A DNA stretch of 64,000 bases, from assembly GCA_020632445.1 (NCBI GenBank), contig JACKFN010000003.1, positions 81,118 to 145,117 on the forward strand, in the 5' to 3' direction. The number at the start of each line of letters is the position of its first letter. The first letter of the stretch is position 1. This stretch comes from Candidatus Nomurabacteria bacterium (GTDB lineage: Bacteria; Patescibacteriota; Patescibacteriia; Magasanikbacterales; UBA922). The position numbers and the translations under genes are program-made. The notes below the pieces were generated by a model, which was not told the DNA's origin, did no database searches, and saw only the letters and a list, made by a program, of their open reading frames with translations. Of this stretch, positions 41,618-51,796 are shown in pieces.

Positions 41618-41682
41618 AAGCGTTTGAGTACAATGTGAACTTTCGAATACCAGGACAGAAAAATGGTAAAGAAAAAATACAT

Positions 41683-41712
41683 AAAACAGCCCTTCAGAGG
41701 GCTGTTTCTGTT
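41683..41712. terminator. Bidirectional intrinsic terminator ACAGCCCT-tcag-AGGGCTGT flanked by A/T runs, between convergent epimerase and WbaP-like genes
   Basis: 8-bp perfect stem, then TTCTGTT on the plus strand and TTTTATGTATTTTTT on the minus strand. Confidence 0.55.
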
Positions 41713-41832
41713 GCAACGGTAGCCCGTAGGGCATTTGCAACAGGTATTTTTTCTTTGGTATTTTTCTGCCTGGTGTGAGACGTTCACTGAGTTTTTTGTT
41801 ACTTTTTTGGTCTGTCAAAAAAGTAGATTAAC

Positions 41833-43284
41833 TCACTGTCCCTTAAACCGCAATACGACATTAATCGTTTTCAAAATAATAGAAAAGTTGAGCATCACGC
41901 TTCTATTTTTGATGTAGTAGAGATCATACTGAAGCTTTACCAGTGAACTTTCTAATGTATCGGTATAGTGTTGGTTGATGGCAGCCCATCCGGTGATTCC
42001 TGGAGTGACCGTGTGACGCAAAGAATAGTATGGCATCTGCTCTTCGAGTTTTTCGACGATTTCTGGTCGCTCTGGTCGTGGTCCTATCAGCGTAAGATCC
42101 CCTTTGAGGAGATTAATAATTTGTGGAAACTCATCTAATCGGGTTTTGCGTAATATCTTTCCAACTTTGGTGATACGTTTGTCGCCCTTTTTGGCAAATT
42201 GGGCGCCACTGGTTTCTGCGCTGCCGTCGGCACTGAGCGCATACATAGATCGGAATTTGTAGATGGTAAAAACTTTTCCATATTTTCCGACACGTTTTTG
42301 GGTAAAAAAGATTGGTCCATTGGATTCGAGTCGGATTGCCAGTGCAACAAATGGCAAAAGGAGTAAACCAATAACAGCAATAATTATCCCAAAGAACAAG
42401 TCAAATATTTTTTGGATACGGATACTAAAGCTTTGGTTTCTCTGACCGAGCTGCTGGAGAAAAAAATCTTCTGAAAACGAGCTTGGTGGGACTCTTCCTA
42501 GGGCTGATTCATAAAAGGTTGCCTGATCAAGTATCTGAACGTCCCAAAATAATAGTTGGTAGAGCTCTTTAAGTGCTTTTTCTTGTTTTTGCAGATGAGG
42601 TGCAACAATGATGGTATTGATACTGCGAGTTGTAATAATCGGTCGCATTTTTGAAAGATCTTTGTACGTATCAAATTTTCCTTTGAGAGTATCGAGGTTG
42701 GGATTTTCTTCATCAACAATAGCGCAGACTTGGTATCCCAGGTGAGGTCTCTTGTCGATAATTTCGACAAGCTCTTTGGTGTCAGGAGTAAAACCGACAA
42801 AAAGAAGGCGGTTTTTGAGCTTGTCACTTTTGCTCATGCTACTAAAGATCATTCTCCAAGCATGCAAAAGGGTATAAGAAACTAAACCATAAATAACGAG
42901 GGTCGTTTTTGGGCTGATACCTTGATTGTCAAAAAAATAGAAGTAGATGGTACCTACGACAATGGCCATGAGCATGGTTTGGATGGTTCCAAGCAGTAGA
43001 CGACGCTTATCGGATGGCAATGAGAGATCGTAATATCCATTGATGTATCCGAGGATGAGCCAAAGAAATCCTATCTGTATAAAGGGAAGAAAGTGGAGGG
43101 AGAGCAGTGTTGACGACGCCGGTTCAAGATGTCGCAGTGAAATGCTCAGGTAAAGTCCAAAGACAAGCAGGATAGTATCACCGAACAAAAGGACAAGTTT
43201 TTTAAAGCGTATTCGAGAGATCATATGGGGATGAGGTTGAATCGATTGTAAGTCCCTGGATTTTTTTGTATAATAAACGTACAT
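41833..43284 (-). CDS. Polyprenyl-phosphate hexose-1-phosphate transferase (WbaP/exopolysaccharide 'bacterial sugar transferase' family), initiating enzyme
   Basis: N-terminal TM helices; C-terminal VGKYGKVFTIYKFRSM...DEFPQIINLLKGDLTLIGPRPE. Confidence 0.75.
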   Translation of the reverse strand: MYVYYTKKSRDLQSIQPHPHMISRIRFKKLVLLFGDTILLVFGLYLSISLRHLEPASSTLLSLHFLPFIQIGFLWLILGYINGYYDLSLPSDKRRLLLGTIQTMLMAIVVGTIYFYFFDNQGISPKTTLVIYGLVSYTLLHAWRMIFSSMSKSDKLKNRLLFVGFTPDTKELVEIIDKRPHLGYQVCAIVDEENPNLDTLKGKFDTYKDLSKMRPIITTRSINTIIVAPHLQKQEKALKELYQLLFWDVQILDQATFYESALGRVPPSSFSEDFFLQQLGQRNQSFSIRIQKIFDLFFGIIIAVIGLLLLPFVALAIRLESNGPIFFTQKRVGKYGKVFTIYKFRSMYALSADGSAETSGAQFAKKGDKRITKVGKILRKTRLDEFPQIINLLKGDLTLIGPRPERPEIVEKLEEQMPYYSLRHTVTPGITGWAAINQHYTDTLESSLVKLQYDLYYIKNRSVMLNFSIILKTINVVLRFKGQ

Positions 43285-43298
43285 AGTAAAGCATATTT

Positions 43299-45047
43299 AT
43301 GAGAAAAAATCAAGTTTGGAAGATTGGTGGGTTTGTGGCAGCATTCTTTTTTGTAATTTTGTTTGTAGGATCGAGCGCCCATCCAGCAAGCGCCCTCTAT
43401 GAGCGAAAAAAGTACCTTTCTATAAACAGTGGTGCGAGTGACACTATCAGTCAGTACGTGACCTTATCTATTGGTCGACCATTTAGTGCTACCCATATGC
43501 GACTCGGAAATGATATGGAGTCACTTTCATCGGCATCTTGGATACCTTATAAATCAAAAGTAAGTTGGACCCTGCCATTTCAGTATGGTGAGCGAACTGT
43601 CTATGTACAGTTTCAAAAAGATGACAGGCATAGTTACATTTATGAGGACTCGATTTTTTTTAGAGAACCAAAGGAAAGTGAAAAGAACAAAAAGTACATC
43701 AAGATCAATGGAAATGATAAAACTACAAAGTATCTACGTGTCCGACTCAGTATTACCGTGCCACCCGGCTTTACGCGTATGCGAGTATCCAACAAAGCGG
43801 AAGACTTGTTGCGTATGGGGTGGAGAAACATCAAACGTTCTATGGATTGGGATTTGGCGTATGGTGGTGGCAATACCAAGACGGTGTATTTGCAATTTCA
43901 AGATCAGTTTGGTGTCGAGGGGCCTGTCTATAGCGACAGTATTGATGTGAAGTTTACCTCAAATGTAGATTTGGATTTTCAAATAAATGAGGGGGCCGTT
44001 CAAACTGATTCGCGAGCCGTGACTCTAACATTTACTGATCCGGGTGGAGTTGTTGGTGTAAAAGTCAATAACAGCAATGATTTCAAGGATTTGGAGTTTG
44101 TGCCTATACAGCAAGACATGCCATGGATTTTGAGTGAAAAAAGTGGTACAAAAACAGTATATGTGCGTTATCAAGACTTTCAAGGTGGTGAGAAAACCAC
44201 TAAGGCACAGATTCGTTACGAAGAACCGGAGGCATACATAGAAGCACGGTCACTTATCAAAAGCCCAAATTCACATGTGTACTTTGTTGGTTTTGACGGT
44301 AAGGTGCATCCATTTTTGAGTCCGGCTATTTATCATTCGTGGTATAGTACCTTTGAAAAAGTGCGTTTTGTCTCTGATGCAAAACTTGCAGAGTATCCAG
44401 TGGGTGAGCCAATGTGTGCTCGTCCAGGTTCGTGGCTTTTGCAATTTGGATCTGACCCAAAAATTTATGCCATAGAACCAGCTTGCCGTTTGAGACCATT
44501 GTTTTCTGAAGTCGAGGCTGTGTTGCTTTATGGTGAAAATTGGGGAAAACGAATTTTGAAATTATCACCGGATGAAAGGGTTTTTTATACCATTATTACC
44601 CAGAGCGTACACGAGGCAGAGGCAGGAGTGTATGATACGGATCATGACGGCGTTGATGATGAGATGGAAAAGAATTATGGGTCAAATCCAAATCTTAAAG
44701 ATACTGACGGTGATAAACTCACAGACTACGAGGAGATTTTTATTTGGTTTACCGATCCAGTGCAAAAGGATACTGATTTTGATGGGGTTGGGGATGCTGA
44801 TGAGATTTTGAGTGGTCGCTTGCCAACGGGGCCAACTAATTTTGATACACTTCCTGACAACGCTGTTGAGTATCCAGAAGGGTCACTGGTAAACAAAGTA
44901 AATGCGAGCACGAGTATCTCGGGTGTCAGAAAACAGTTTTTGATTTTGCCAAAGTATTATCTTCCTAAGAGTATAAAAGATAGTATTGGAAAGAAGAACA
45001 CAGCGCATCCGCTTAAGGAATACAATGGTTTGCTTATTCGATTGTAA
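43299..45047 (+). CDS. Secreted protein with C-terminal thrombospondin-type-3-like Ca-binding Asp repeats
   Basis: Signal peptide MRKNQVWKIGGFVAAFFFVILFVGSSAHPASA; DTDHDGVDDE...DTDGDKLTD...DTDFDGVGDADE. Confidence 0.45.
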   Translation: MRKNQVWKIGGFVAAFFFVILFVGSSAHPASALYERKKYLSINSGASDTISQYVTLSIGRPFSATHMRLGNDMESLSSASWIPYKSKVSWTLPFQYGERTVYVQFQKDDRHSYIYEDSIFFREPKESEKNKKYIKINGNDKTTKYLRVRLSITVPPGFTRMRVSNKAEDLLRMGWRNIKRSMDWDLAYGGGNTKTVYLQFQDQFGVEGPVYSDSIDVKFTSNVDLDFQINEGAVQTDSRAVTLTFTDPGGVVGVKVNNSNDFKDLEFVPIQQDMPWILSEKSGTKTVYVRYQDFQGGEKTTKAQIRYEEPEAYIEARSLIKSPNSHVYFVGFDGKVHPFLSPAIYHSWYSTFEKVRFVSDAKLAEYPVGEPMCARPGSWLLQFGSDPKIYAIEPACRLRPLFSEVEAVLLYGENWGKRILKLSPDERVFYTIITQSVHEAEAGVYDTDHDGVDDEMEKNYGSNPNLKDTDGDKLTDYEEIFIWFTDPVQKDTDFDGVGDADEILSGRLPTGPTNFDTLPDNAVEYPEGSLVNKVNASTSISGVRKQFLILPKYYLPKSIKDSIGKKNTAHPLKEYNGLLIRL

Positions 45048-45050
45048 GGT

Positions 45051-47072
45051 ATGAAGAAAAAATTACTGATGATAGGGCTTATAACGGCAATGACAAGTGT
45101 ACCAAGTGTGAGTTTGGCAAAAATGCCGAATGATCCATACGGACAGCAATGGGGTTACAAAACGGTCAATCTTTATGATGCTTGGGATTACACCACCGGC
45201 TCACAAAATGTGGTGGTGGCGGTTATTGACAATGGGTTTGATCGCTTTCATCCAGATCTTCGGGATAATGTATGGATAAATTCTGACGAGATAGAAGGAA
45301 ATGGTGTTGACGATGACAATAATGGGTATATTGATGATGTGTATGGTTGGAACTTTGTTGCCAAAGATTACGATGGGAATGGCATGATTGATGGTCGTGA
45401 AGGGTTTGGAAATAATGATCCGGTTCCCGATGTGAGTCAGGTGGATGCCAAACTCCGCAACGAGGAATCCTCTATCCATCACGGGACAACCATTGCTGGT
45501 ATTATTGGAGCTCGTGGAGACAATGGAAGAGATGGTGCTGGAATTAATTGGCAGGTAAAGCTCATGAATCTTAAGGCACTGGATGAAAAGGGGATTGGAG
45601 AAATGGAAACGATTGTAAGAGCTCTTTACTATGCCGTGGATAATGGAGCGGACATTGTAAATATTTCTCTTGTCGGACCTGAATCAAGTGATAGTTTGCA
45701 GCAGGCTATTGAACATGCGTATCGTCATGACGTGCTCGTTGTGGCAGCAGCGGGAAATAATAGGATAAATCTCAATGGTTCTAGACAATATCCTATTTGT
45801 GTTGATGTAGGCAAAGATCATCAGAGCGTTTTGGGAGTTACGGCGATAGGACGGGAACGTTATCTGGCCTCTTTTTCTAACCGTGGTTCGGATTGTGTAA
45901 ACTTGACGGCACCTGGAGTAGAGGTTGGTGGACCATTGCGCTATGATCCAAACCAGGGATTTGATCGTAGCTATTATGAGCCTGGGTACTCAGGTACTTC
46001 GCTTGCCGCACCATTTGTGAGTGGGGCTGCCGCTTTGGTAAAGGCACTACAGCCACGGTGGGGAGTAGACGAGATTACTCATGCGCTTACGTCGCAGGTG
46101 CACAAAACGCCACCTGATGATGAGGCACTCTACGCGAATTTGTATGGATCAGGGCTTTTGCAGATAGATAAGGCCGTGAGGTTTGCCTATGAACAAAGAT
46201 CAGTTATTGAACAACAAGTCGGCGATCCAGCAGTCGCTATTGCAGGATTTGATATTACAAGAGATTACTTTGCGCTCAAACGACTGGATGATTCTGAAAG
46301 AAAGTTTGATATCATGTCCAACTGGAAAGATGCGAAACAGTTTAAACTCATACAAAATTTTGGACAGGAACAATTGGTAACATTGTATCCAGAGGGCGAA
46401 GAAACTTTTACCATATATTTTCACTATGCGCTCAATCCATTTGCGTACAAGGCAACTTTGCACGCAAATAGCGTGCTCGATTTTACCGTGCGATATAGTG
46501 CTCAGCAAGAGCAGTATATCATGGTGGCATTGCTCCAAAAGAACGCATCAGTCGTTGTTGAGGAGTACGATCTGTTTGGGACATTGCTTGAACAGATTCC
46601 GGTAACCTCTGGAGTATTTGATGAAGGAAAGATCGAGGTATTTTCTGATGAAGTGTACGGTATTACGGTTGTTGGAGAGAAAATTGTCTACGGACAGGTT
46701 TCACCAGGAGGTGAGGCATTTGTTCTTCAGGAGACTCCTAACATCGGCATACAGTCTGTGTATCCGGTGCAACTTGACGGCGATGATCAAAAAGAATTTT
46801 TTGGCGTATTGATGACAGGTGATCACGGTGAACTGGTGGTGATTGATGATAATGGAGCCGTGTTGCAGCAGAAGCTGGTATTTCCCAATGTGTATACGGG
46901 AACGGTGTATGCAAAGCCTTTTGTAGGAAAAAATGGTATACTACAAATGCTGGTATACATGGACAGTGGCCTACAGGAGATAAAGATATATGATTTTGAT
47001 CTCGTAGAGCAAGAATCGTTTTGGTTTTTTTCGCGAGCAAAGCGAAATCTTCAACTTTTTCCTTTGTATTAA
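45051..47072 (+). CDS. Secreted subtilisin-like serine protease (S8)
   Basis: Signal peptide; catalytic triad contexts VVVAVIDNGFD, HGTTIAGII, GTSLAAPFVSGAAAL. Confidence 0.75.
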   Translation: MKKKLLMIGLITAMTSVPSVSLAKMPNDPYGQQWGYKTVNLYDAWDYTTGSQNVVVAVIDNGFDRFHPDLRDNVWINSDEIEGNGVDDDNNGYIDDVYGWNFVAKDYDGNGMIDGREGFGNNDPVPDVSQVDAKLRNEESSIHHGTTIAGIIGARGDNGRDGAGINWQVKLMNLKALDEKGIGEMETIVRALYYAVDNGADIVNISLVGPESSDSLQQAIEHAYRHDVLVVAAAGNNRINLNGSRQYPICVDVGKDHQSVLGVTAIGRERYLASFSNRGSDCVNLTAPGVEVGGPLRYDPNQGFDRSYYEPGYSGTSLAAPFVSGAAALVKALQPRWGVDEITHALTSQVHKTPPDDEALYANLYGSGLLQIDKAVRFAYEQRSVIEQQVGDPAVAIAGFDITRDYFALKRLDDSERKFDIMSNWKDAKQFKLIQNFGQEQLVTLYPEGEETFTIYFHYALNPFAYKATLHANSVLDFTVRYSAQQEQYIMVALLQKNASVVVEEYDLFGTLLEQIPVTSGVFDEGKIEVFSDEVYGITVVGEKIVYGQVSPGGEAFVLQETPNIGIQSVYPVQLDGDDQKEFFGVLMTGDHGELVVIDDNGAVLQQKLVFPNVYTGTVYAKPFVGKNGILQMLVYMDSGLQEIKIYDFDLVEQESFWFFSRAKRNLQLFPLY

Positions 47073-47078
47073 AAATGT

Positions 47079-48107
47079 ATGATGAATGATAATCCCATTT
47101 TTGAGAAAAAGAATGTACTCGTGACAGGAGGGGCTGGTTTTTTGGGTTCACACCTGTGCGAGAGGCTTCTTGCAGATGCCAATGTTATTTGTATAGATGA
47201 TTTTTCAAATTCAAGCATGCAAAACATTGACCATCTTTTGCAATACCCAAATTTTGAATTTATTCGTTATGATGTCGCACAGCCTATTGATCTGGATGCT
47301 TTTGAAGAGCTTGACAAGTTTAAGGTAAAGTTCCAGGGGGTACAGGAAATCTATCATTTGGCTTGTCCAACGAGCCCGAAACACTTTGAGCATCTGAAAA
47401 TCCATTCATTATGGGCAAACTCAAAAGCCATGCTCAACACGTTGGATCTGGCAGTAAAGTACCGGTCCAAATATGTTTTTGCGTCGAGCTCGGTGGTGTA
47501 TGGTTCTGTTACCGAGGATCACGTAATGTTTTCCGAAGAAGATGAAGGAAAAGTAAATCATCTTTCTCCACGTGCTTGTTATGACGAAGGGAAGAGGTTT
47601 GCAGAAACGTGTGTAGAAACCTATCGGCAGGTGTATAGTATTGATGCCAAGATTGCCCGTGTCTTTTCGAGTTATGGGCCGAGGATGCAACTTGACGATG
47701 GACTTTTGGTCCCTGATTTTATTATTAGTGCTATCGAGGGTAAACCGCTCGTTATTTATGGCGATGAGACACTCGAACAATCATTGTGTTATGTATCAGA
47801 TATGGTAGATGGTTTGGTGCGGCTCATGCGTAGTGGTCCCAATCTTTCCTTGGTGAATCTGGGAAGTGACCAAAAGCTCAAGATGGTAGATGTGGCAAAC
47901 AGGATCGTGCAACTTACCAATTCGGTGTCACAGGTAACCTTTGAAAAACCATTGGTATTTCTTACCAAAAAAGGAATGCCAGATTTACGCAGAGCCAAGG
48001 AAAATTTAGGTTGGATACCACTTGTCAGACTTGACGATGGTCTTCAAAAGACGATAGATTACACCATAGCAAGTAGGGAGATGCTTCGTTTTGGACGAGA
48101 CTATTAA
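47079..48107 (+). CDS. UDP-glucuronate decarboxylase-like SDR (UDP-xylose synthase family)
   Basis: VLVTGGAGFLGSHLCERLL...NVICIDDF; YDEGKRFAETCVETY. Confidence 0.65.
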   Translation: MMNDNPIFEKKNVLVTGGAGFLGSHLCERLLADANVICIDDFSNSSMQNIDHLLQYPNFEFIRYDVAQPIDLDAFEELDKFKVKFQGVQEIYHLACPTSPKHFEHLKIHSLWANSKAMLNTLDLAVKYRSKYVFASSSVVYGSVTEDHVMFSEEDEGKVNHLSPRACYDEGKRFAETCVETYRQVYSIDAKIARVFSSYGPRMQLDDGLLVPDFIISAIEGKPLVIYGDETLEQSLCYVSDMVDGLVRLMRSGPNLSLVNLGSDQKLKMVDVANRIVQLTNSVSQVTFEKPLVFLTKKGMPDLRRAKENLGWIPLVRLDDGLQKTIDYTIASREMLRFGRDY

Positions 48108-48130
48108 TTTTCCCTGCAAGATAAAAGTCT

Positions 48131-48793
48131 ATGGTGATGGCGATTGTTCCGGCATATAATGAAGGAAAAAAAATTGAGCAGGTGGTAAAAGATCTCCTTT
48201 TGCAGGTGGATAGTGTTGTTGTTATAGATGATGCATCCACAGACAAAACAGGAGTGCATGCAAAAAGGGCCGGAGCGCATGTTCTCTCTCATCGGATCAA
48301 TAGGGGGCAAGGAGCCGCGCTTGAAACTGGGCATATATACGCGCGTATGATGGGGGCAGACTATGTTGTCCATTTTGATGGGGATGGTCAAATGAGCGCG
48401 CAAGACATTCCACCGGCACTCGAGCATCTTAAGGAGAACAATGCTGATATGCTTGTTGGGTCAAGATATTTGGGACAGGCTACCAATATGCCTTGGAGTA
48501 AAAGAAATATACTGGCACCACTGGCGCGTCTGGTAGATAGAATTTTTTCTGGGGTAAAGCTGACGGATTCACACTGTGGATTTCGTGTGCTTGGACAAAA
48601 AGCACTTGGATTAATACACATTACTCAAGATGGAATGGCACATGCGACTCAGATTATCGCACTTTCAAAGCAGCAAGGACTACGACTTGTCGAGTTTCCC
48701 GTCCATATCACGTATGAGCATTACGGTCAGGGGGCACTCGGCGGATTAAAAATTATCAAGGAGCTTATTCTTGGAAAAATAATGAAGCTATGA
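48131..48793 (+). CDS. Glycosyltransferase family 2 (polyprenol-phosphate glycosyltransferase, DPM1-like)
   Basis: IVPAYNEGKKI...VIDDASTDKT DxD region. Confidence 0.7.
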   Translation: MVMAIVPAYNEGKKIEQVVKDLLLQVDSVVVIDDASTDKTGVHAKRAGAHVLSHRINRGQGAALETGHIYARMMGADYVVHFDGDGQMSAQDIPPALEHLKENNADMLVGSRYLGQATNMPWSKRNILAPLARLVDRIFSGVKLTDSHCGFRVLGQKALGLIHITQDGMAHATQIIALSKQQGLRLVEFPVHITYEHYGQGALGGLKIIKELILGKIMKL

Positions 48794-49119
48794 TCAACGT
48801 CTTTCAAATTTTATTTAGCTTATTTGCACTCGCTGCGCTTTACAAAACATACAAGAGAAAAAAGGTTCAACAAATCAGTATGCGAGAGGCTTGGTTTTGG
48901 GGAATATTTTGGTTTGCGGTACTTTTGGTTGTACTTTGGCCAAACAGTGTTCAAATGGTTGCAGATACCCTTGGAATTGGACGTGGAAGTGATCTTGTGC
49001 TCTACGTTGCGGTGGCGCTTCTTTTTTATCTCCTTTTTTCACTACAAATATCATTTCAAAAACTGAATCGCGACATCACCAAGCTCGTACAAAAGGATGC
49101 TGTAGAGGAGAAAAAGTAG
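48790..49119 (+). CDS. Small 3-TM membrane protein (DUF2304-like) commonly paired with GT2 enzymes
   Basis: 109 aa, three hydrophobic segments, 4-bp overlap with the upstream GT2. Confidence 0.4.
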   Translation: MINVFQILFSLFALAALYKTYKRKKVQQISMREAWFWGIFWFAVLLVVLWPNSVQMVADTLGIGRGSDLVLYVAVALLFYLLFSLQISFQKLNRDITKLVQKDAVEEKK

Positions 49120-49120
49120 T

Positions 49121-50308
49121 ATGAAGATAGCGCAGATCGTCTGTAAGTATCGACCATATTTTAGCGGCATGAGTAACGCCGTATTTGAGATTTCACGTCA
49201 GCTTATAGATAGAGGACATGAGGTAACGGTTTTTACTCCAAATTTTGACAGAGAGGAAAAACACGAAGAAGATCATCAGGTTGAGCGCCTTGATCCTTAT
49301 TTTTCGTATGGAAATGCTGCATTTTTGCCAACCCTAGGAAAAAAGCTCAAGAATTTTGATCTGGTGCATCTGCACTACCCTTTTTTTGGGACGGCTGGTG
49401 TGGTAAAACGATTCAAAAGGAAGTATCCGCACATCCCACTTGTGGTAACGTACCATATGGACAATCGTGCGGGTGGTGTCAAGGGTCTCATTTTTGCTTT
49501 CTATGCAAAGTATTTTTTGAAAGATATACTGCGCTGCGCAGATGCCCTTATTGGTTCAACATTTGATTTCATCAAGAGCAGTGACGCCAAGCTCGTGTAT
49601 AACGAAGCACCACATAAGTGGCATGAGATTGCCTTTGGAGTAGACACTGAACGTTTTGTCCCAGGCAAAAAATCATTGTCGCTTATCAGAAGTCTTGATT
49701 TGAATGACAGTGTTCCAACTGTGCTCTTTGTGGGCGGTATGGATAGTGCGCATCATTTTAAGGGCGTAAAGGTGCTTTTGCGCGCCCTTCGAATACTTTC
49801 CAAGGAAAAAATTCCTTTTCAGGCGGTGTTCGTGGGAGATGGTGAATTGAAGCAAGAATATGAGCGTGTTGTTCAAGCATTTTTTTTGAAAACAACGACG
49901 CGATTTGTTGGGCGGGTTTCTGATGAAGAACTTCCTGAGTATTATAGACTGGCTGACGTTTTTGTCCTTCCATCGACATCATCGGCAGAGGCTTTTGGTA
50001 TGGTTCTCCTTGAGGCTATGTCATCCGGATGCGCGACAATTGGTTCGGATTTGCCTGGTGTCCGAGAGATCACTGCAAAAGGAGGGGTTGTTGTTCCGGG
50101 AGGGGATGAAGTGGAGCTCGCTCATGCGTTGGCGGACTTTTTTGCGCTTTCAGAAAAAAAACGGGAGAATATTGCTCGTAAGAATCGTGAAATTATTTTG
50201 CAGGAGTATAGTTGGGAGCGTATTGGCAAGCAGCACGAACAGCTCTATCATAGCGTGGTGGAACATAAATCGAATACTTCGGTTTCTACCGAGCTTGTGA
50301 ACAACTAA
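49121..50308 (+). CDS. Glycosyltransferase family 4
   Basis: VLPSTSSAEAFGMVLLEAMSSGCATIGSDLPG. Confidence 0.7.
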   Translation: MKIAQIVCKYRPYFSGMSNAVFEISRQLIDRGHEVTVFTPNFDREEKHEEDHQVERLDPYFSYGNAAFLPTLGKKLKNFDLVHLHYPFFGTAGVVKRFKRKYPHIPLVVTYHMDNRAGGVKGLIFAFYAKYFLKDILRCADALIGSTFDFIKSSDAKLVYNEAPHKWHEIAFGVDTERFVPGKKSLSLIRSLDLNDSVPTVLFVGGMDSAHHFKGVKVLLRALRILSKEKIPFQAVFVGDGELKQEYERVVQAFFLKTTTRFVGRVSDEELPEYYRLADVFVLPSTSSAEAFGMVLLEAMSSGCATIGSDLPGVREITAKGGVVVPGGDEVELAHALADFFALSEKKRENIARKNREIILQEYSWERIGKQHEQLYHSVVEHKSNTSVSTELVNN

Positions 50309-50428
50309 TGTATTTTGGTATACTGAAATTGAGGATCGATCCGCCTTGGGTGCGACGGTCATAAAAACACAAGCAGGCCTTTGGTGCTTGATTTGGAGTT
50401 ATAATTTAGCAAAGCTAACTCGTATTCT

Positions 50429-50752
50429 ATGGGAAAGTTTAAAAAAGGTTTCCTGTTTGGGGCTCTTATGGGAGCTGGCATGATGTGGATGGGAGCCACA
50501 AAAAAAGGACGTGAGTCTCGTGATCGGCTCTTGGAAGCTGCATCTGATGTGTATGTTGACGTAAGTGAAAAGCTGCGAAATTCTGATGCATATAAAAATC
50601 TTTCAAAACAAAAATTTGTGAAACTTGTTTCAGAGACTGTTGATAGGTATGCCAAGGACCACCCATCACTTGAGCATGGAAAGGACATGATTGTTAAGCT
50701 TGTTTCTACTCAGTGGAAGAACATACGACAAGAACTTAAAAAGAGAAAGTAA
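50429..50752 (+). CDS. YtxH-like small protein (tentative)
   Basis: N-terminal GFLFGALMGAGMMWMGATKKGRESRDRL Gly-zipper pattern. Confidence 0.35.
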   Translation: MGKFKKGFLFGALMGAGMMWMGATKKGRESRDRLLEAASDVYVDVSEKLRNSDAYKNLSKQKFVKLVSETVDRYAKDHPSLEHGKDMIVKLVSTQWKNIRQELKKRK

Positions 50753-50755
50753 TCT

Positions 50756-51790
50756 ATGAAACAGCTCAAATCATATTTTAAGGCCGCCATAGACAACAGT
50801 GCATCTGATTTGCACATGGTTGCAGGTGAAGTTCCTATGCTTCGTATTGAGGGGAAGCTCGTCGAGCTACAAGACGATGAGCTTTCTGACAAAGAGCTTG
50901 AGACGGCACTTATGGCACTACTGTCCGCTGACCAAAAAAGGCGTTTTGATGAAGAAAAGGAGCTTGACATGGGGTATGAGCAAGGTGATGCTCGATTTCG
51001 TATTAATTTGCATCGACAGCGTGGAAAAATTGCTATGGCAGCGCGTTTGATTCCAAAAGACATTCCTACGCCGGAGCAACTTCGTTTTGAGCCTGCCTTG
51101 CATGATTTCACTCAGCTCTTGGACGGTTTGGTGCTGGTGGTCGGTCCTACGGGAAACGGTAAATCAACAACGCTTGCATCGATGATCGAGCAGATTAATC
51201 AGACCCGTAAGTCACATATCATAACTGTCGAAGACCCGGTTGAGTTTGTTTTTGAAAATAAAGAAAGCCTCATTGAGCAAAGAGAAATCGGAGAAGACAC
51301 TCCTTCATTTGCGTCGGCGCTCAAGCATGTCTTACGTCAGGATCCTAATGTGATTTTGGTCGGTGAGATGCGCGATCCAGAGACGATTGCTACAGTGCTC
51401 ACGGCCGCGGAAACTGGACATTTGGTGTTTTCTACCTTGCACACGTCGTCGGCAGCAGAGGCTGTTGAGCGTATTGTCGATGTTTTTGATGGTGCCAAGC
51501 AAAAGCAAATACTTATTCAGCTTGGAGCTGTACTTCGTGGAGTTGTGGCACAGCAACTTTTAACTACAACAGACGGCAAGCGTGTTGCGGCGCGTGAAAT
51601 ATTGGTCAACTCTCCAGCAGTTTCTAATTTAGTTCGTGAAAATAATATTGCGCAAATTCAAAGCGCTATTCAAACTGGAGCTAAAGAAAACATGGTTACT
51701 ATGGAGAACTCGGTAAAAGCACTCCTGTCTGAAGGACTCATTAGTGAAGAAACTGCACAAAAGCGTATTGGAAGACAGCGAAAGGTATAA
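50756..51790 (+). CDS. pilT: Type IV pilus retraction ATPase (twitching motility protein)
   Basis: 344 aa; Walker A GPTGNGKST; ITVEDPVEF; size fits PilT rather than PilB. Confidence 0.8.
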   Translation: MKQLKSYFKAAIDNSASDLHMVAGEVPMLRIEGKLVELQDDELSDKELETALMALLSADQKRRFDEEKELDMGYEQGDARFRINLHRQRGKIAMAARLIPKDIPTPEQLRFEPALHDFTQLLDGLVLVVGPTGNGKSTTLASMIEQINQTRKSHIITVEDPVEFVFENKESLIEQREIGEDTPSFASALKHVLRQDPNVILVGEMRDPETIATVLTAAETGHLVFSTLHTSSAAEAVERIVDVFDGAKQKQILIQLGAVLRGVVAQQLLTTTDGKRVAAREILVNSPAVSNLVRENNIAQIQSAIQTGAKENMVTMENSVKALLSEGLISEETAQKRIGRQRKV

Positions 51791-51796
51791 CCGGTT

